NCBI GenBank assembly: GCA_039818205.1
Contig: JBCBUK010000006.1
Location: forward strand, 128,001-192,000
From: Verrucomicrobiota bacterium
GTDB taxonomy: Bacteria > Verrucomicrobiota > Verrucomicrobiia > Opitutales > Cerasicoccaceae
Length of the DNA: 64,000 bases
Direction of reading: 5' to 3'
The notes beneath the pieces were generated by a model that was given only the letters and a program-made list of their open reading frames with translations, made no database searches and had not been told where the DNA came from. The translations under genes and the position numbers were made by a program. Numbering within the stretch: the first letter of the stretch is position 1; every line of letters begins with the position of its first letter. Shown here one piece after another: positions 9,850-19,606 of the stretch.

Positions 9850-10896
9850 TTATTCGCGTTCGAATGTGGCTAATCGCTTGATTGCAGTGGGACCAATCAA
9901 TTGGAGGGGCAGTGTTTCGTGGGCAGCACCGATCTGGATGGCGGCCTTGGGCATACCGAAAACTATGGAAGTTTCCTCGTCCTGAGCAATGGTTCGCCAC
10001 CCGCGTTCACGGAGCATTTTTAGCCCTTCGGCACCATCGCGGCCCATGCCGGTGAGCAGGAGCGCGACTCCGGGGGCGGGCCAATTGGCCGCGAGACTTT
10101 TGAAAAAGACATCGACCGCCGGGCGATTTACCAGATGTGCCGGCTCGCGGCTAAATTCAAAACAGCCGCTGGGCTGTACTTTTAGGTGTGCGTCAATGCC
10201 AGCAATGTAGACGTGGCCCTTCTCGGGGATTAACCCGGCCTCCGCCATTACGACCGGAAGCGCACAGCGGGCGTCGAGCCAGTCGGCCAAGCCTTGGGCA
10301 AATTTTGGGTCGACGTGCTGGACGATGCCGATCGACCCATTGAAGTCGGCGTTGAGGCACCCCAAGATCGTAGCCAAGGCTTGGGGGCCGCCGGTTGAGG
10401 AGCCAATGGCAATGAACGGTGGCAGGTCACTCGGGTTTTGTTGGCCCTGGCCAGGTACAAATCCAGGAGCGGTCAAACCGGTGGTCGCAATCTGGGCAGA
10501 TTTGCCAGAAATCAGGCCAATGCGGTCGATTTTTTCGATGAGCGGTTGGGCTCCCGAAAAGTCACCGCCCGGTCCTAGCGTTGGGGTTACGGTGGCATCA
10601 AGTGCGCCATAGCCCATCGCCTCGTAGACGAGCTCACTGTTTTGGCCCATCGACGCAGTCACAATTAAGATCGGGCAGGGAGTCTGGGCCATGATCTCTC
10701 GGGTCGCTTCGGCGCCGTCCATTACGGGCATCACGAGGTCCATCAAGATCAGGTCGGGTAAATCAGCAGTGCAATAGTCCACGGCTTGCCGCCCATCTAG
10801 GGCTGTCCACGCGATTTCATGCTGTCCGTCAGACTCGACCACCTTGCGCAGGCAGGCAAGGGCCAGGTTCATGTCATTGACAATGGCGATACGCAT
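9850..10896 (-). CDS. cheB: Chemotaxis REC-methylesterase CheB (WspF-like)
   Basis: MRIAIVND REC domain with ILMDLVMP; catalytic GSSTGG, VQH, TGMGRDGA. Confidence 0.95.
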   Translation of the reverse strand: MRIAIVNDMNLALACLRKVVESDGQHEIAWTALDGRQAVDYCTADLPDLILMDLVMPVMDGAEATREIMAQTPCPILIVTASMGQNSELVYEAMGYGALDATVTPTLGPGGDFSGAQPLIEKIDRIGLISGKSAQIATTGLTAPGFVPGQGQQNPSDLPPFIAIGSSTGGPQALATILGCLNADFNGSIGIVQHVDPKFAQGLADWLDARCALPVVMAEAGLIPEKGHVYIAGIDAHLKVQPSGCFEFSREPAHLVNRPAVDVFFKSLAANWPAPGVALLLTGMGRDGAEGLKMLRERGWRTIAQDEETSIVFGMPKAAIQIGAAHETLPLQLIGPTAIKRLATFERE

Positions 10897-11103
10897 GGTG
10901 GATCAGTTTAGGACGGCCAGGGGGTCGTATCTTCCTGGCTTGGATCGTGGTTCATCAGGTAATGATGACAACCCTATACCGGCATTTTAGGTCAGATCAA
11001 AAGCGAAATGCATCCGCAACTCTAGTAGTTGGAATAACTTAGGTCCTTATCGGATCTAAATTACCGGTGCTAACCTTCGATTTTCAAATAAACCGAAATT
11101 TTA

Positions 11104-11123
11104 CCCATCAGTCGATTGATGGG
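11104..11123. other. Short hairpin downstream of the PEP-CTERM gene (possible terminator or stabiliser)
   Basis: cccatca-gtcgat-tgatggg inverted repeat; weak U-tract. Confidence 0.35.
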
Positions 11124-11204
11124 CAGCAGTCGATTAGAGCTGGGACCGCAAACTAGTCCTAGATTGTTGTCTCAGGCAACGGGCTCAAATTTGGACCGAT
11201 ATGC

Positions 11205-12083
11205 CTAACGGGTACCAACAAGTTTTCTTGTCCGAAACCTGCAATAAATGGCGAAAGCTAGCGCAGCGCCGCCTAAACCGAAATAGGAGGGTTCGGGAAT
11301 AACGAACACAATTCCGGTCGGGACGTCTAAGCCGTCTGGAACTCCAACCAGGTCGACCAAGTTGCCACCGTCGAGATCCGTGCGGCGTATCCGCCCAATA
11401 CTGTCGGCGATATAGATGGTATCGTCGGTGATAAACATATCGTTGATCTGGCTAATTCCTACGGTTGCCAGATCAAACACATCCGTCACTGAATTACCGT
11501 TCAAGTCAGATCGTTGCAGCTTCTCGCTCGTTGCCCAGTAGAGGTGAGAATCGGTCGCGAACAAACCGAAACGAATATCGTCGGGCGAGGTAAAGACCGT
11601 CGTCACGTTGTTGCCATCGAGATCTGATCGGAAAATCTGATCGGATGAGTCCGTCCAAAACAGGAAGAAATCATTACTCTTCATGGATAGCGTTTCGTTT
11701 GATGGTATGATGGAAGTTGGGTTGGTTCCATCGATATTTGAACGGTAAATGCCGTCGGTAAATGTACTCCAGTAAAGATGGGTGGAAGTCACCGCTAGTT
11801 CACCGACTCCTTGAGTAACGCCAAAGGGAATAATGGTCGTTACGTTTGAACCATCTAGATTGGATCGCCTGATCTCCTGGTCAGATTGTTCTGACCAATA
11901 AAGATGATCACCGGATACCGCGAGACGGAAAGGGTCCGATGCGCCCCCGGGGCCCACAACAGTTGTTATATCTGAGCCGTCGGGTTGTACGCCCCCGATG
12001 AACCCGGCTAAATCGGCCCAATAGATGCGGGCCGAGCAGCATGCGGCACTCATTAAGATGACTCCGAGACAGATGGCTTTCAT
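11205..12083 (-). CDS. Secreted PEP-CTERM surface protein with six YWTD/LDL-receptor-B-like propeller repeats
   Basis: Signal peptide; repeats LYWx..IxRSxLDG x6; C-terminal IPEPS + TM helix + basic tail. Confidence 0.88.
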   Translation of the reverse strand: MKAICLGVILMSAACCSARIYWADLAGFIGGVQPDGSDITTVVGPGGASDPFRLAVSGDHLYWSEQSDQEIRRSNLDGSNVTTIIPFGVTQGVGELAVTSTHLYWSTFTDGIYRSNIDGTNPTSIIPSNETLSMKSNDFFLFWTDSSDQIFRSDLDGNNVTTVFTSPDDIRFGLFATDSHLYWATSEKLQRSDLNGNSVTDVFDLATVGISQINDMFITDDTIYIADSIGRIRRTDLDGGNLVDLVGVPDGLDVPTGIVFVIPEPSYFGLGGAALAFAIYCRFRTRKLVGTR

Positions 12084-12194
12084 AGGATGAATTGGTGCCT
12101 ACGCTGAAATTTATGTCAAAATGTAAAGTGTTAAACTATGATGACGCTTTCATTTGTGATAGTCGCCAACCATTAGAAACGAATCGAGATGTCG

Positions 12195-15011
12195 CTACTC
12201 GATGAGGTCTTTGACCGCCTGGATGAAGGTATCGTCCTGAAACGAGCTTTTGGTCAGGTAGTAGTCGGCCCCGGCTTCAAGGCCCTTGATTCGGTCTTCT
12301 TCCCGATCCTTGTAGGAGACGACGATTACGGGGAGTTTGCCCAGGCGGCTATCGTTGCGAATTTTTGAAACGAATTCGTAGCCATTCATCCGTGGCATAT
12401 CGATATCGCTAACTACCAGATCGAACTCGCCCAGTCGAACGGCATTCCAGCCGTCAGCCCCATCGACAGCGACCTCGACGTAGAATCCGGCATTCTCAAG
12501 CAGTTGGCGTTCGGTTTCCCGAACGGTGATCGAATCATCGACCACAAGGATGCGTTTCCGATCTCTTACTTCTTCCTGGGCATCGCTGCGGAGGGTTTCC
12601 AGGCGGGCGCCTCCCGACAGGAGTTTGTCGATGGAAGCAATCAGGTCTTCAACATCCAGGATCAGGATCGGCTCACCGTCCTCACTGAGCGATGCTGAGC
12701 TGATACCTGGCACCTTACCGAGGCGTTTGTCGAGCGGCCGCACAACGAGGTCGGCTTCGCCCATGAGCGTATCGACTTCAACCCCGTAGAGCTGGTTGCG
12801 ATCATTCACCACAACGATATCCAAGTGTGGGGTGATGCTGCTTGTGTTGCCGCCGAAACCCAGGGCAGCCCGGGCCGGAGCAATACCCACGTTCTGTCCT
12901 TCCATCTCGAAATACTGGCGGTTTTCCACGGTCTTGAGATCGTCGTAAGACATCCGCACGGTGCGGGCGATACGACTCAAGGGGAAGGCGTAGGTTTCGC
13001 CGTCAATGTCGGCCAGCAATGCTCGAATAACCGACCGGGTGATGGGTACCTGCAAATGGAAAGTGGTTCCATGGCCGACTTCCGTATTGATTCGGGCCTG
13101 ACCTGCGATCTGCTGCATCAGATTCTGAACGACGTCCAGCCCAACACCGCGGCCCGAAATCTCGGTCACTTTCCCAGCCGTGGAGAAGCCCGGGAGGAAC
13201 AAAAATTCGAGCACCTCTTCCTCGGTCATCTGTTCGCACATTTCAGCCGTGGCAAACTGCTTCTCGACGATCTTAGTACGCAACTTGTCGCAGTCGATAC
13301 CGCGTCCATCGTCCTTGACCTCGACAACCAGCATGCCAGCACTGTGGCGTGCACTGAGTACCAGAGAGCCGACTGGATCTTTCCCCACTGCTTGGCGGTC
13401 ATCCGGCATCTCCATTCCGTGGTCGCAGGCGTTCCGCAGAATGTGATTCAGTGGCGCTTCAAGGCGCTCAAGGATGTCGCGGTCGACCGGGGTGTCTTTT
13501 CCTTCGATCGTAAACTTCACTTGCTTGCCGAGGGTTCGGGCAACATCTCGGACCATGCGCGGGAAGCCTTGGACGCCATCATTGAACGGACGCATCCGGC
13601 TCGACAATACCTCGCGATAAAGCCGATCGGAGAGCAGCGTGTTGCGCCGGGCAAAATTGTCGAAGTGTTCTAGCTGCTCGCGAACCAGGGTGAGCGCTTG
13701 CTGAGCTGCCTGGCGAATATGCTCGAAGTGAACCCGGGATTCCGCATCGAGCTCGAGCTGGTCCAGGATGCGCTGGCTGGAATCAATGCGGCTGTTGAGA
13801 TCGCTCTGTGCCTGTTTGAGGCGGAGCAGGGTGTCGCGGAAATTCTCGAGCTGCCCGGTTTCTACCACGGTTTCCGCTGCCAGGCCCATCAGCCGATTGA
13901 GGCTGTCTGCCGATACGCGAACCACGCCATCACTCTTCGATTTCTCCGAAGCAGCGGCTTTCGCACGGTCTTTTGCTTTGGAGGGAGCGGGGGCCTTTTC
14001 GGCCTCAGGTGGTAGGCTGGATCCGCTTTCGGCCTTTGGTGGGGTAGATGTTTCCGGGGGCGCTGGCTCGGGTGCTGGCTCGGGCTCGGGTGCTGCCGTC
14101 GCTAGGGATTCGCCAGCCAGGGTGCGGTGGAGTCCGTCCATGAGGGACGAGTAATCATCCGCATGTTCTTGCGGCCAGCTCGCGAGCGCCTCATCCGGTG
14201 CGGCACTGAAGGCCGACAAAAATTCACCTGAGTGCTTAAAGTGATCGATGTGGTCATCGGCCAGCTTGATCTTTCCCGCAATGGCCGCGTTGACGGCTTC
14301 CTCGATGACCTTAGTCATCTCGACGGCGGCCATCAGGCCGATGATTCTTGCGGCTCCTTTCATGGAGTGGGCCGCACGCATCAATGGCTCCAGCTGTTCC
14401 TTGCCGGCGCTCGCTGGGTCCAATGATTCGAGGCCCGCCTGGAAGTCGCCCATCTGCTGTTTGGCTTCTTCGCGGAACAGATCAATCATTGAAAGGTCCG
14501 GCGTTTGCTCCGGTGGAGTGTAAGTCGTTGAAGGTGCCGGTGGTGTGGCGGGAGTATTGGCTTCTGGATTAGGCGCCGGTACTGGCTCTGGTTTGGGCGC
14601 TTCGGTCGCCTTTGTTTGAATTGAACCTAAGCCCTTGATGACTTCTTCTGACCATTCAGCGTTTCCGCTTAGCCAGGCCGACATTTTTTCTTCGGTCTGT
14701 TGGCCAGATTCGACCAGCACGTCGACGGCATTGAATAGCCAATCGAGTTGGTCAGAGCCCAGAGCAAGCTCACCTTTGCCGGCGGCAACAAACAAATCTT
14801 CCAACGCGTGGGCGACCTTGCCAACCATATCAAGGCCGACAATTCTTGCCGCGCCTTTGAGCGAATGAGCAGCGCGCATCAGCGCGTCGACATCGGCAGA
14901 ATCGGGATCGGATTCCCAGGCGACCAAGCCTTCGTTCAGGGCAGCCCCTTGCGTTTCGACCTCTTGCTGGTAAAGGTCGAGCATGGGAAAACTTTGGGTA
15001 TCATCACTCAC
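12195..15011 (-). CDS. cheA: Hybrid CheA-REC kinase (WspE-like) with two Hpt domains
   Basis: AAHSLKGAAR and AAHSMKGAAR; HATPase (RNACDHG, DDGRG, GRGVGLD); CheW domain; C-terminal REC (VVDDS, SDIDMP). Confidence 0.95.
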   Translation of the reverse strand: MSDDTQSFPMLDLYQQEVETQGAALNEGLVAWESDPDSADVDALMRAAHSLKGAARIVGLDMVGKVAHALEDLFVAAGKGELALGSDQLDWLFNAVDVLVESGQQTEEKMSAWLSGNAEWSEEVIKGLGSIQTKATEAPKPEPVPAPNPEANTPATPPAPSTTYTPPEQTPDLSMIDLFREEAKQQMGDFQAGLESLDPASAGKEQLEPLMRAAHSMKGAARIIGLMAAVEMTKVIEEAVNAAIAGKIKLADDHIDHFKHSGEFLSAFSAAPDEALASWPQEHADDYSSLMDGLHRTLAGESLATAAPEPEPAPEPAPPETSTPPKAESGSSLPPEAEKAPAPSKAKDRAKAAASEKSKSDGVVRVSADSLNRLMGLAAETVVETGQLENFRDTLLRLKQAQSDLNSRIDSSQRILDQLELDAESRVHFEHIRQAAQQALTLVREQLEHFDNFARRNTLLSDRLYREVLSSRMRPFNDGVQGFPRMVRDVARTLGKQVKFTIEGKDTPVDRDILERLEAPLNHILRNACDHGMEMPDDRQAVGKDPVGSLVLSARHSAGMLVVEVKDDGRGIDCDKLRTKIVEKQFATAEMCEQMTEEEVLEFLFLPGFSTAGKVTEISGRGVGLDVVQNLMQQIAGQARINTEVGHGTTFHLQVPITRSVIRALLADIDGETYAFPLSRIARTVRMSYDDLKTVENRQYFEMEGQNVGIAPARAALGFGGNTSSITPHLDIVVVNDRNQLYGVEVDTLMGEADLVVRPLDKRLGKVPGISSASLSEDGEPILILDVEDLIASIDKLLSGGARLETLRSDAQEEVRDRKRILVVDDSITVRETERQLLENAGFYVEVAVDGADGWNAVRLGEFDLVVSDIDMPRMNGYEFVSKIRNDSRLGKLPVIVVSYKDREEDRIKGLEAGADYYLTKSSFQDDTFIQAVKDLIE

Positions 15012-15604
15012 AGATATTTGCTTCGCAGGCTGTGCAGAATCAGTTCGTGGTCGAGCAGTCCGACTTTAATTTCGCGTAGGGTAAATAGGCCGCGGGTGTA
15101 CGTGGCCATGGCTTTGGAAACGGTTACCGGAGAGTCTTGCAGGGTGTCCATCTCAAGCGGGTGGACGCCGTAGACCTCATCCGCGCGGAAAACAAAGGCA
15201 CCATCCTCTCCTTGAAAAACAATCATCCGCGGGTGAACGCGGCGGGACAAAATATGCTTCTCCCCGGTATCGCGTAGGCTGAGGAGAGAGCGGAGTGAGA
15301 CGCAGATCTGGAGTTCGCCGCGCACGTTGACCAGCCCGCGCAAAACCTCATTGGTGCGTTGGGGGATGCGGTGGACTGAGGCGTCGGCCGTAATTTCTTT
15401 GACGATTTTCGCCTCAATCGCGAGCCACTCATCAAATAGACGAAATACGAGAACTCCCTGGGTTTCCCGGTCGTGGTCGTCCTCTTTGTCCCGCAGGCGT
15501 TGCTGCCAATCATCGAGGTAACCTTCCGGTGGCGAGCGGTCGAGCAGTCGCAGCATCGCAGCCCGTTCTTTGGAAGCGAGGTCCAGGGAGTCATTTTTCG
15601 TCAT
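15008..15604 (-). CDS. cheW: CheW adaptor (WspD-like)
   Basis: LVFRLFDEWLAI, VHRIPQR..GLVNVRGELQICVSL; overlaps neighbours by 4 bp. Confidence 0.9.
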   Translation of the reverse strand: MTKNDSLDLASKERAAMLRLLDRSPPEGYLDDWQQRLRDKEDDHDRETQGVLVFRLFDEWLAIEAKIVKEITADASVHRIPQRTNEVLRGLVNVRGELQICVSLRSLLSLRDTGEKHILSRRVHPRMIVFQGEDGAFVFRADEVYGVHPLEMDTLQDSPVTVSKAMATYTRGLFTLREIKVGLLDHELILHSLRSKYL

Positions 15605-16839
15605 GTGCTAACCTCCTTACGGGCTTCGGCATCGCGGGCTCGTCGGCGAAAACGTTGGGCACCTGCCGCATCGCCGCGGCTTTCAGAAATGAGCGCCAGG
15701 TGAAACAACGACTGAGCGTGTTGGGCATCCAGGTAGATTGCCCGGCGAAACGCCTGCTCTGCGTCATTGGATCGCCGCTGTGCGGCCAATATTTCGCCAA
15801 GGGTGTTGAACGCCTCCGCGCTGGGTGGCAGTTGTTGGATAAGCTCTTGGCAAAGGGATTCAGCCGCTGGGAGGTCACCGTTGTCCGCGAGCTCTCGCAC
15901 GCGTTGCCAGCGTTCGCTGATGGAGGGTGGCGCCTTTTCTGAACTATTTGCGTTCTTGGCTGGTTTGGGACGGGGACGCGACCGAATGCTCGATGGGCGA
16001 ATCTGCGCAATGCTTGGTGGCGGGCTCGGTTCGACGGGCGCCGCTCGCCGGCCAAAACAGAACGAGCCAGCGGGGCCAACCGGGCCAAGTTCCTGGCTGA
16101 TGGAACCGAGGGCATCGGCGTGTCCTCCAAAGACGAGCCCATCGGGCGCCAATGACCGAAGCAATTGGTTGATCGCTCGTTCGCGGGAACAACTGCTAAA
16201 ATAGATGAGCACGTTGCGGCAAAAAATTGCGTGGAAGGGCTTCTCGCCGAGGAGAAAATCGCTCGCCAACAAATTGTGTTGGCGGAAGCTGACTTGCTTC
16301 CGGACGGATTCGACGACTCGGCGTTTTCCGTCTTCAAGCTCCTCAAAAAAGGATTCATAGTCTGCGGGAATACCGCTGCGGAAAGCGATCGGGCGGTATT
16401 CGCCATGCATTGCCTGCTCGAGGAAGCGATTGCAAAGATCCCCAGCCTCGATATGGAAGCGGTCTGCGGGCATACCTGCGGCTAGCAGTGACATTGCAAT
16501 GGAGTAGGGCTCTTGGCCAATCGCACAGGGTACGCTCAAGATTCTCAGGACTTCGCCCGGGTGGGCGGGCTCCCATTCGGTCTTGGCCCATTCAGCGAGC
16601 CAAGCAAAGGGTTTTCCATCCCGGAAAAACCAGGATTCCGGGACGAGTAGTTTCTCGGAGAAGGTTAGAAACTCCTCCTTTGAGCGACCAAGGTGGCGAA
16701 AGTATTCCTCCACTCCGTCGATGCCAGTCGCGTTCATGCGGCTGCGCACAACGGTCTCGAGTGTGGCTCCACGAAAGACGCTTTCGTCGAGGCCATACTC
16801 ATCTCGGAGTCGTACGGTAATGCGAGCTGGTAGATTCAT
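15601..16839 (-). CDS. cheR: CheR methyltransferase with C-terminal TPR (WspC-like)
   Basis: PESWFFRD, SVPCAIGQEPYSIAM, IFCRNVLIYF; TPR (AEQAFRRAIYLD). Confidence 0.93.
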   Translation of the reverse strand: MNLPARITVRLRDEYGLDESVFRGATLETVVRSRMNATGIDGVEEYFRHLGRSKEEFLTFSEKLLVPESWFFRDGKPFAWLAEWAKTEWEPAHPGEVLRILSVPCAIGQEPYSIAMSLLAAGMPADRFHIEAGDLCNRFLEQAMHGEYRPIAFRSGIPADYESFFEELEDGKRRVVESVRKQVSFRQHNLLASDFLLGEKPFHAIFCRNVLIYFSSCSRERAINQLLRSLAPDGLVFGGHADALGSISQELGPVGPAGSFCFGRRAAPVEPSPPPSIAQIRPSSIRSRPRPKPAKNANSSEKAPPSISERWQRVRELADNGDLPAAESLCQELIQQLPPSAEAFNTLGEILAAQRRSNDAEQAFRRAIYLDAQHAQSLFHLALISESRGDAAGAQRFRRRARDAEARKEVST

Positions 16840-17312
16840 TGCGAAGATGTTTTGTCTTGGTTATAAAGCATGGTTCGAACGTTCTCTGGGAGTAGATCAG
16901 AGGTTTCGACGCATTGAATTATTTCCTTATCTTCGGTGGTAAAGATGCGGCCGAGGTAGTGGGCCTCGGGTGGATGGACGCCGCCATCAGAGAATGACTC
17001 CTCGTCCACTTCCATGGTTTCGGTGACCCGTTCGGCCCAAAGGCCCATGAGGGTTTCATCGCCCTGCGAACTGGGGTTATGAACGAGGATGTAGCGAGAG
17101 CTTAGCCCTTCGTTGAGGGAGCGTTTTAAAACCAGGCGTCCGAGATCAACGACTGGGACGACTTGGTTGCGGTACTCGAAGCGGCCGGCGATGTATTCCG
17201 GGGCGCCTGGGACGGTGCTTAGCGGCAGGGCAGGGATCACGATCTCGACCGTTTCGGCGTCGATGGCGAAGACTTGGTTGCCCAAGTGGAAGATGACCGC
17301 GAGCATCGTCAT
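16836..17312 (-). CDS. cheW: CheW adaptor (WspB-like)
   Basis: FAID, PGAPEYIAGRFEYRNQVVPVVDL, SSRYILV. Confidence 0.9.
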   Translation of the reverse strand: MTMLAVIFHLGNQVFAIDAETVEIVIPALPLSTVPGAPEYIAGRFEYRNQVVPVVDLGRLVLKRSLNEGLSSRYILVHNPSSQGDETLMGLWAERVTETMEVDEESFSDGGVHPPEAHYLGRIFTTEDKEIIQCVETSDLLPENVRTMLYNQDKTSSQ

Positions 17313-19606
17313 TATTTTTTCCCCTGGGTTTTGGAGGCGCCACTACGCATCGGGAACGGTGCATTGGCACCCGCACTCGGGGCGGGTTTCTCTTTGGCTT
17401 GTTGGCCGCCGCCACTGCCGCGCATTGGGAAGGGCATGCGAGTCAACCCAGTGGATACCTTGTCTTTGACCTTGAAGCGAGACACCTCGCTGCGCAGTCC
17501 GTTGACGGCTTGGTGCAGCGCCTTGGTGGCTTCGTCAAATTCGTTGAGGGAGGCTGTAGTGCGTTGGGCACCATCGCGCAAGGATGACATGGCTTCGCTG
17601 ATTTGCTGCGCCCCCTGGGTCTGAGCTTCCATGCCCTCGCGCACCATCACAAAGCGTGGCGTGACCGTTTGCACGCCGGTGATGATCTCATCCAAGCGTT
17701 CGCCCAGGTCGCCGACTTCTTCAACGCCGTTGCGAACGGATTCGTTAAACTTGTCCATCTCCATCACGCCAGAACTCACGGCCGCTTGCATCTCATTAAC
17801 CATGCTGTCGATGTTCACGGTGGCCTGCGCCGTTTGGTGGGCGAGGCGCCGGATTTCCCGGGCGACAACCGCGAACCCTTGGCCGTGCTCACCCGCTTTT
17901 TCTGCCTCGATAGCGGCGTTGAGCGAAAGGAGATTCGTTTGTTCGGATACCTTACCGATAGTGGTAACGACCTTGGTAATATTGTTGGCCTTTTCGCTGA
18001 TCACGGCGAGCTTTGCGGCAATCGATCCAGTGGCCGACGAAAGGTTGTCCATCGACTGGCTCATGTCGTTGAGCTGGCGTCGTCCGTCCTCGGCGACATG
18101 TCCGGTGTCGTCGGCCGATTTGGCAACATCTCGCATGGTGCGCAGGAGTTCCTTTGAAGTCGCGGTAATCTGATTGACCGCCGTGGCAATCTGCTGGGTC
18201 GACGCGCCAAAGTCCTGGATTGTGGCTTCCTGGCTTTTGGAGGCGCCGCTGATGCGGGTCGCGGTCGAGACCAGTTGGATGGTTGAGTGCTTCACCTGCA
18301 AAATCAAGGCGTTCAGGCTAATGACCATTGAATCAATGGCGGTCAACAGCTGACCAGTCTCATCATGAGTGGATATTTCGACGTCGGCAGTCAGGTCGCC
18401 CGCAGCAACTTTTTGCGCAAGGTCGTTGGCGTGCCGAATCCGCGCGCTGAAGCGGTTGGCAAAAACAACAATTACGAGCACCATCGTAAGGATGCCAATA
18501 AGACCAACGATGAGCGCTCGCCGGATGTCAGCCCAGGTGGGTCCCGTGATGGCCTCTTCGGGAACGGTCATTACGATGCGCCAGCCACCGGTTTCGATAT
18601 AGTCGCTCGCGATGAATGACTGGCCATCGCTCAGGGGGTCATCGAACAGGATTGGTGCGCTGCCCTGCTTGGTGAGGGAAAGCTGGTGGAAGAGCTCGCG
18701 GTAGCTTTGGTCGACTCCTGCGTCTTGTAAGCGGACGCCACGGTCTTCATTGAATTTGAGCATGCCATCGCCATCGCGGTTTTTGTCGAAGATACCGAGC
18801 ATGACGTTCGCTTTGCCATCGGATGCCTTCTCGACGTAGAACCGATCCACGGGAAGTGTGCGGTACGAATCACCCAGGGTGGTCGCGATGATGCGGCGAT
18901 CGTTGCTGACTAAATAGAGTTGGGCGCCCGAGTAGGGAAGCATGTCCTGCAGCGATTTCGTGAGTGTGTCCAAGGCTCGGTCGACCCCGGCGACTCCCAT
19001 GAAACGGCCGTTGATAACAATTGGCGCCATCTGTTCCACGATGAGGTTGAGTTCGTTGTAAATGTAGGGCTCGGTGATGAGGAAACGCAGGTCGGGATTC
19101 TTCGCAAGTGCCTTGCGAACGCCATCGTAGTAGAGGGAGGTTTCCATATCGACAAGCACCTCGGATTTGATGCGTCGGCCATCGCTCAGGTCGCGGAAGA
19201 AATACGGAAGGTAGCGGCCATCTTTGTCGACCCAGTTGGGTGGGTTGTCACCCATGGCTTCGAGGAAGCTCGCATCTTTCCCATCAGCATTTGCTTCATA
19301 GCCAATGGATACACCGACGAACTGAGGATTGGCTTCGAGGACGCGGCGGATCAATGCGGCCGATTCCTCCCGCAAGCCAATCATACCGCTCTCCTGGGCG
19401 TCGGCAATTGTTCGGGCGACCGTGACGGCTTCCAGATTTCCTTGTTCGATGCGTTGTGCGATTTTGGCGAGCTCTTCCCGCATCAGCTCTTTGTCTTTGG
19501 CTAAGATCCGGTTGTGGCTTCGGTAAATGTTGAAGACAGCCAGGCTGCCAGCAATGAACAGAACCGGCAGGAGAACGTAGACGATTATTTTGGTACGTAA
19601 ACTCAT
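17312..19606 (-). CDS. Methyl-accepting chemotaxis protein, dCache-like sensor
   Basis: Two TMs, YY..ITEPY Cache motif, HAMP (DETGQL), signalling tip [34 protein letters not shown]. Confidence 0.93.
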   Translation of the reverse strand: MSLRTKIIVYVLLPVLFIAGSLAVFNIYRSHNRILAKDKELMREELAKIAQRIEQGNLEAVTVARTIADAQESGMIGLREESAALIRRVLEANPQFVGVSIGYEANADGKDASFLEAMGDNPPNWVDKDGRYLPYFFRDLSDGRRIKSEVLVDMETSLYYDGVRKALAKNPDLRFLITEPYIYNELNLIVEQMAPIVINGRFMGVAGVDRALDTLTKSLQDMLPYSGAQLYLVSNDRRIIATTLGDSYRTLPVDRFYVEKASDGKANVMLGIFDKNRDGDGMLKFNEDRGVRLQDAGVDQSYRELFHQLSLTKQGSAPILFDDPLSDGQSFIASDYIETGGWRIVMTVPEEAITGPTWADIRRALIVGLIGILTMVLVIVVFANRFSARIRHANDLAQKVAAGDLTADVEISTHDETGQLLTAIDSMVISLNALILQVKHSTIQLVSTATRISGASKSQEATIQDFGASTQQIATAVNQITATSKELLRTMRDVAKSADDTGHVAEDGRRQLNDMSQSMDNLSSATGSIAAKLAVISEKANNITKVVTTIGKVSEQTNLLSLNAAIEAEKAGEHGQGFAVVAREIRRLAHQTAQATVNIDSMVNEMQAAVSSGVMEMDKFNESVRNGVEEVGDLGERLDEIITGVQTVTPRFVMVREGMEAQTQGAQQISEAMSSLRDGAQRTTASLNEFDEATKALHQAVNGLRSEVSRFKVKDKVSTGLTRMPFPMRGSGGGQQAKEKPAPSAGANAPFPMRSGASKTQGKK

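Noticed and set aside
10907..10954. 15-codon ORF (MNHDPSQEDTTPWPS) just upstream of cheB on the minus strand
   Set aside because: Too short to distinguish from chance; no attenuator features
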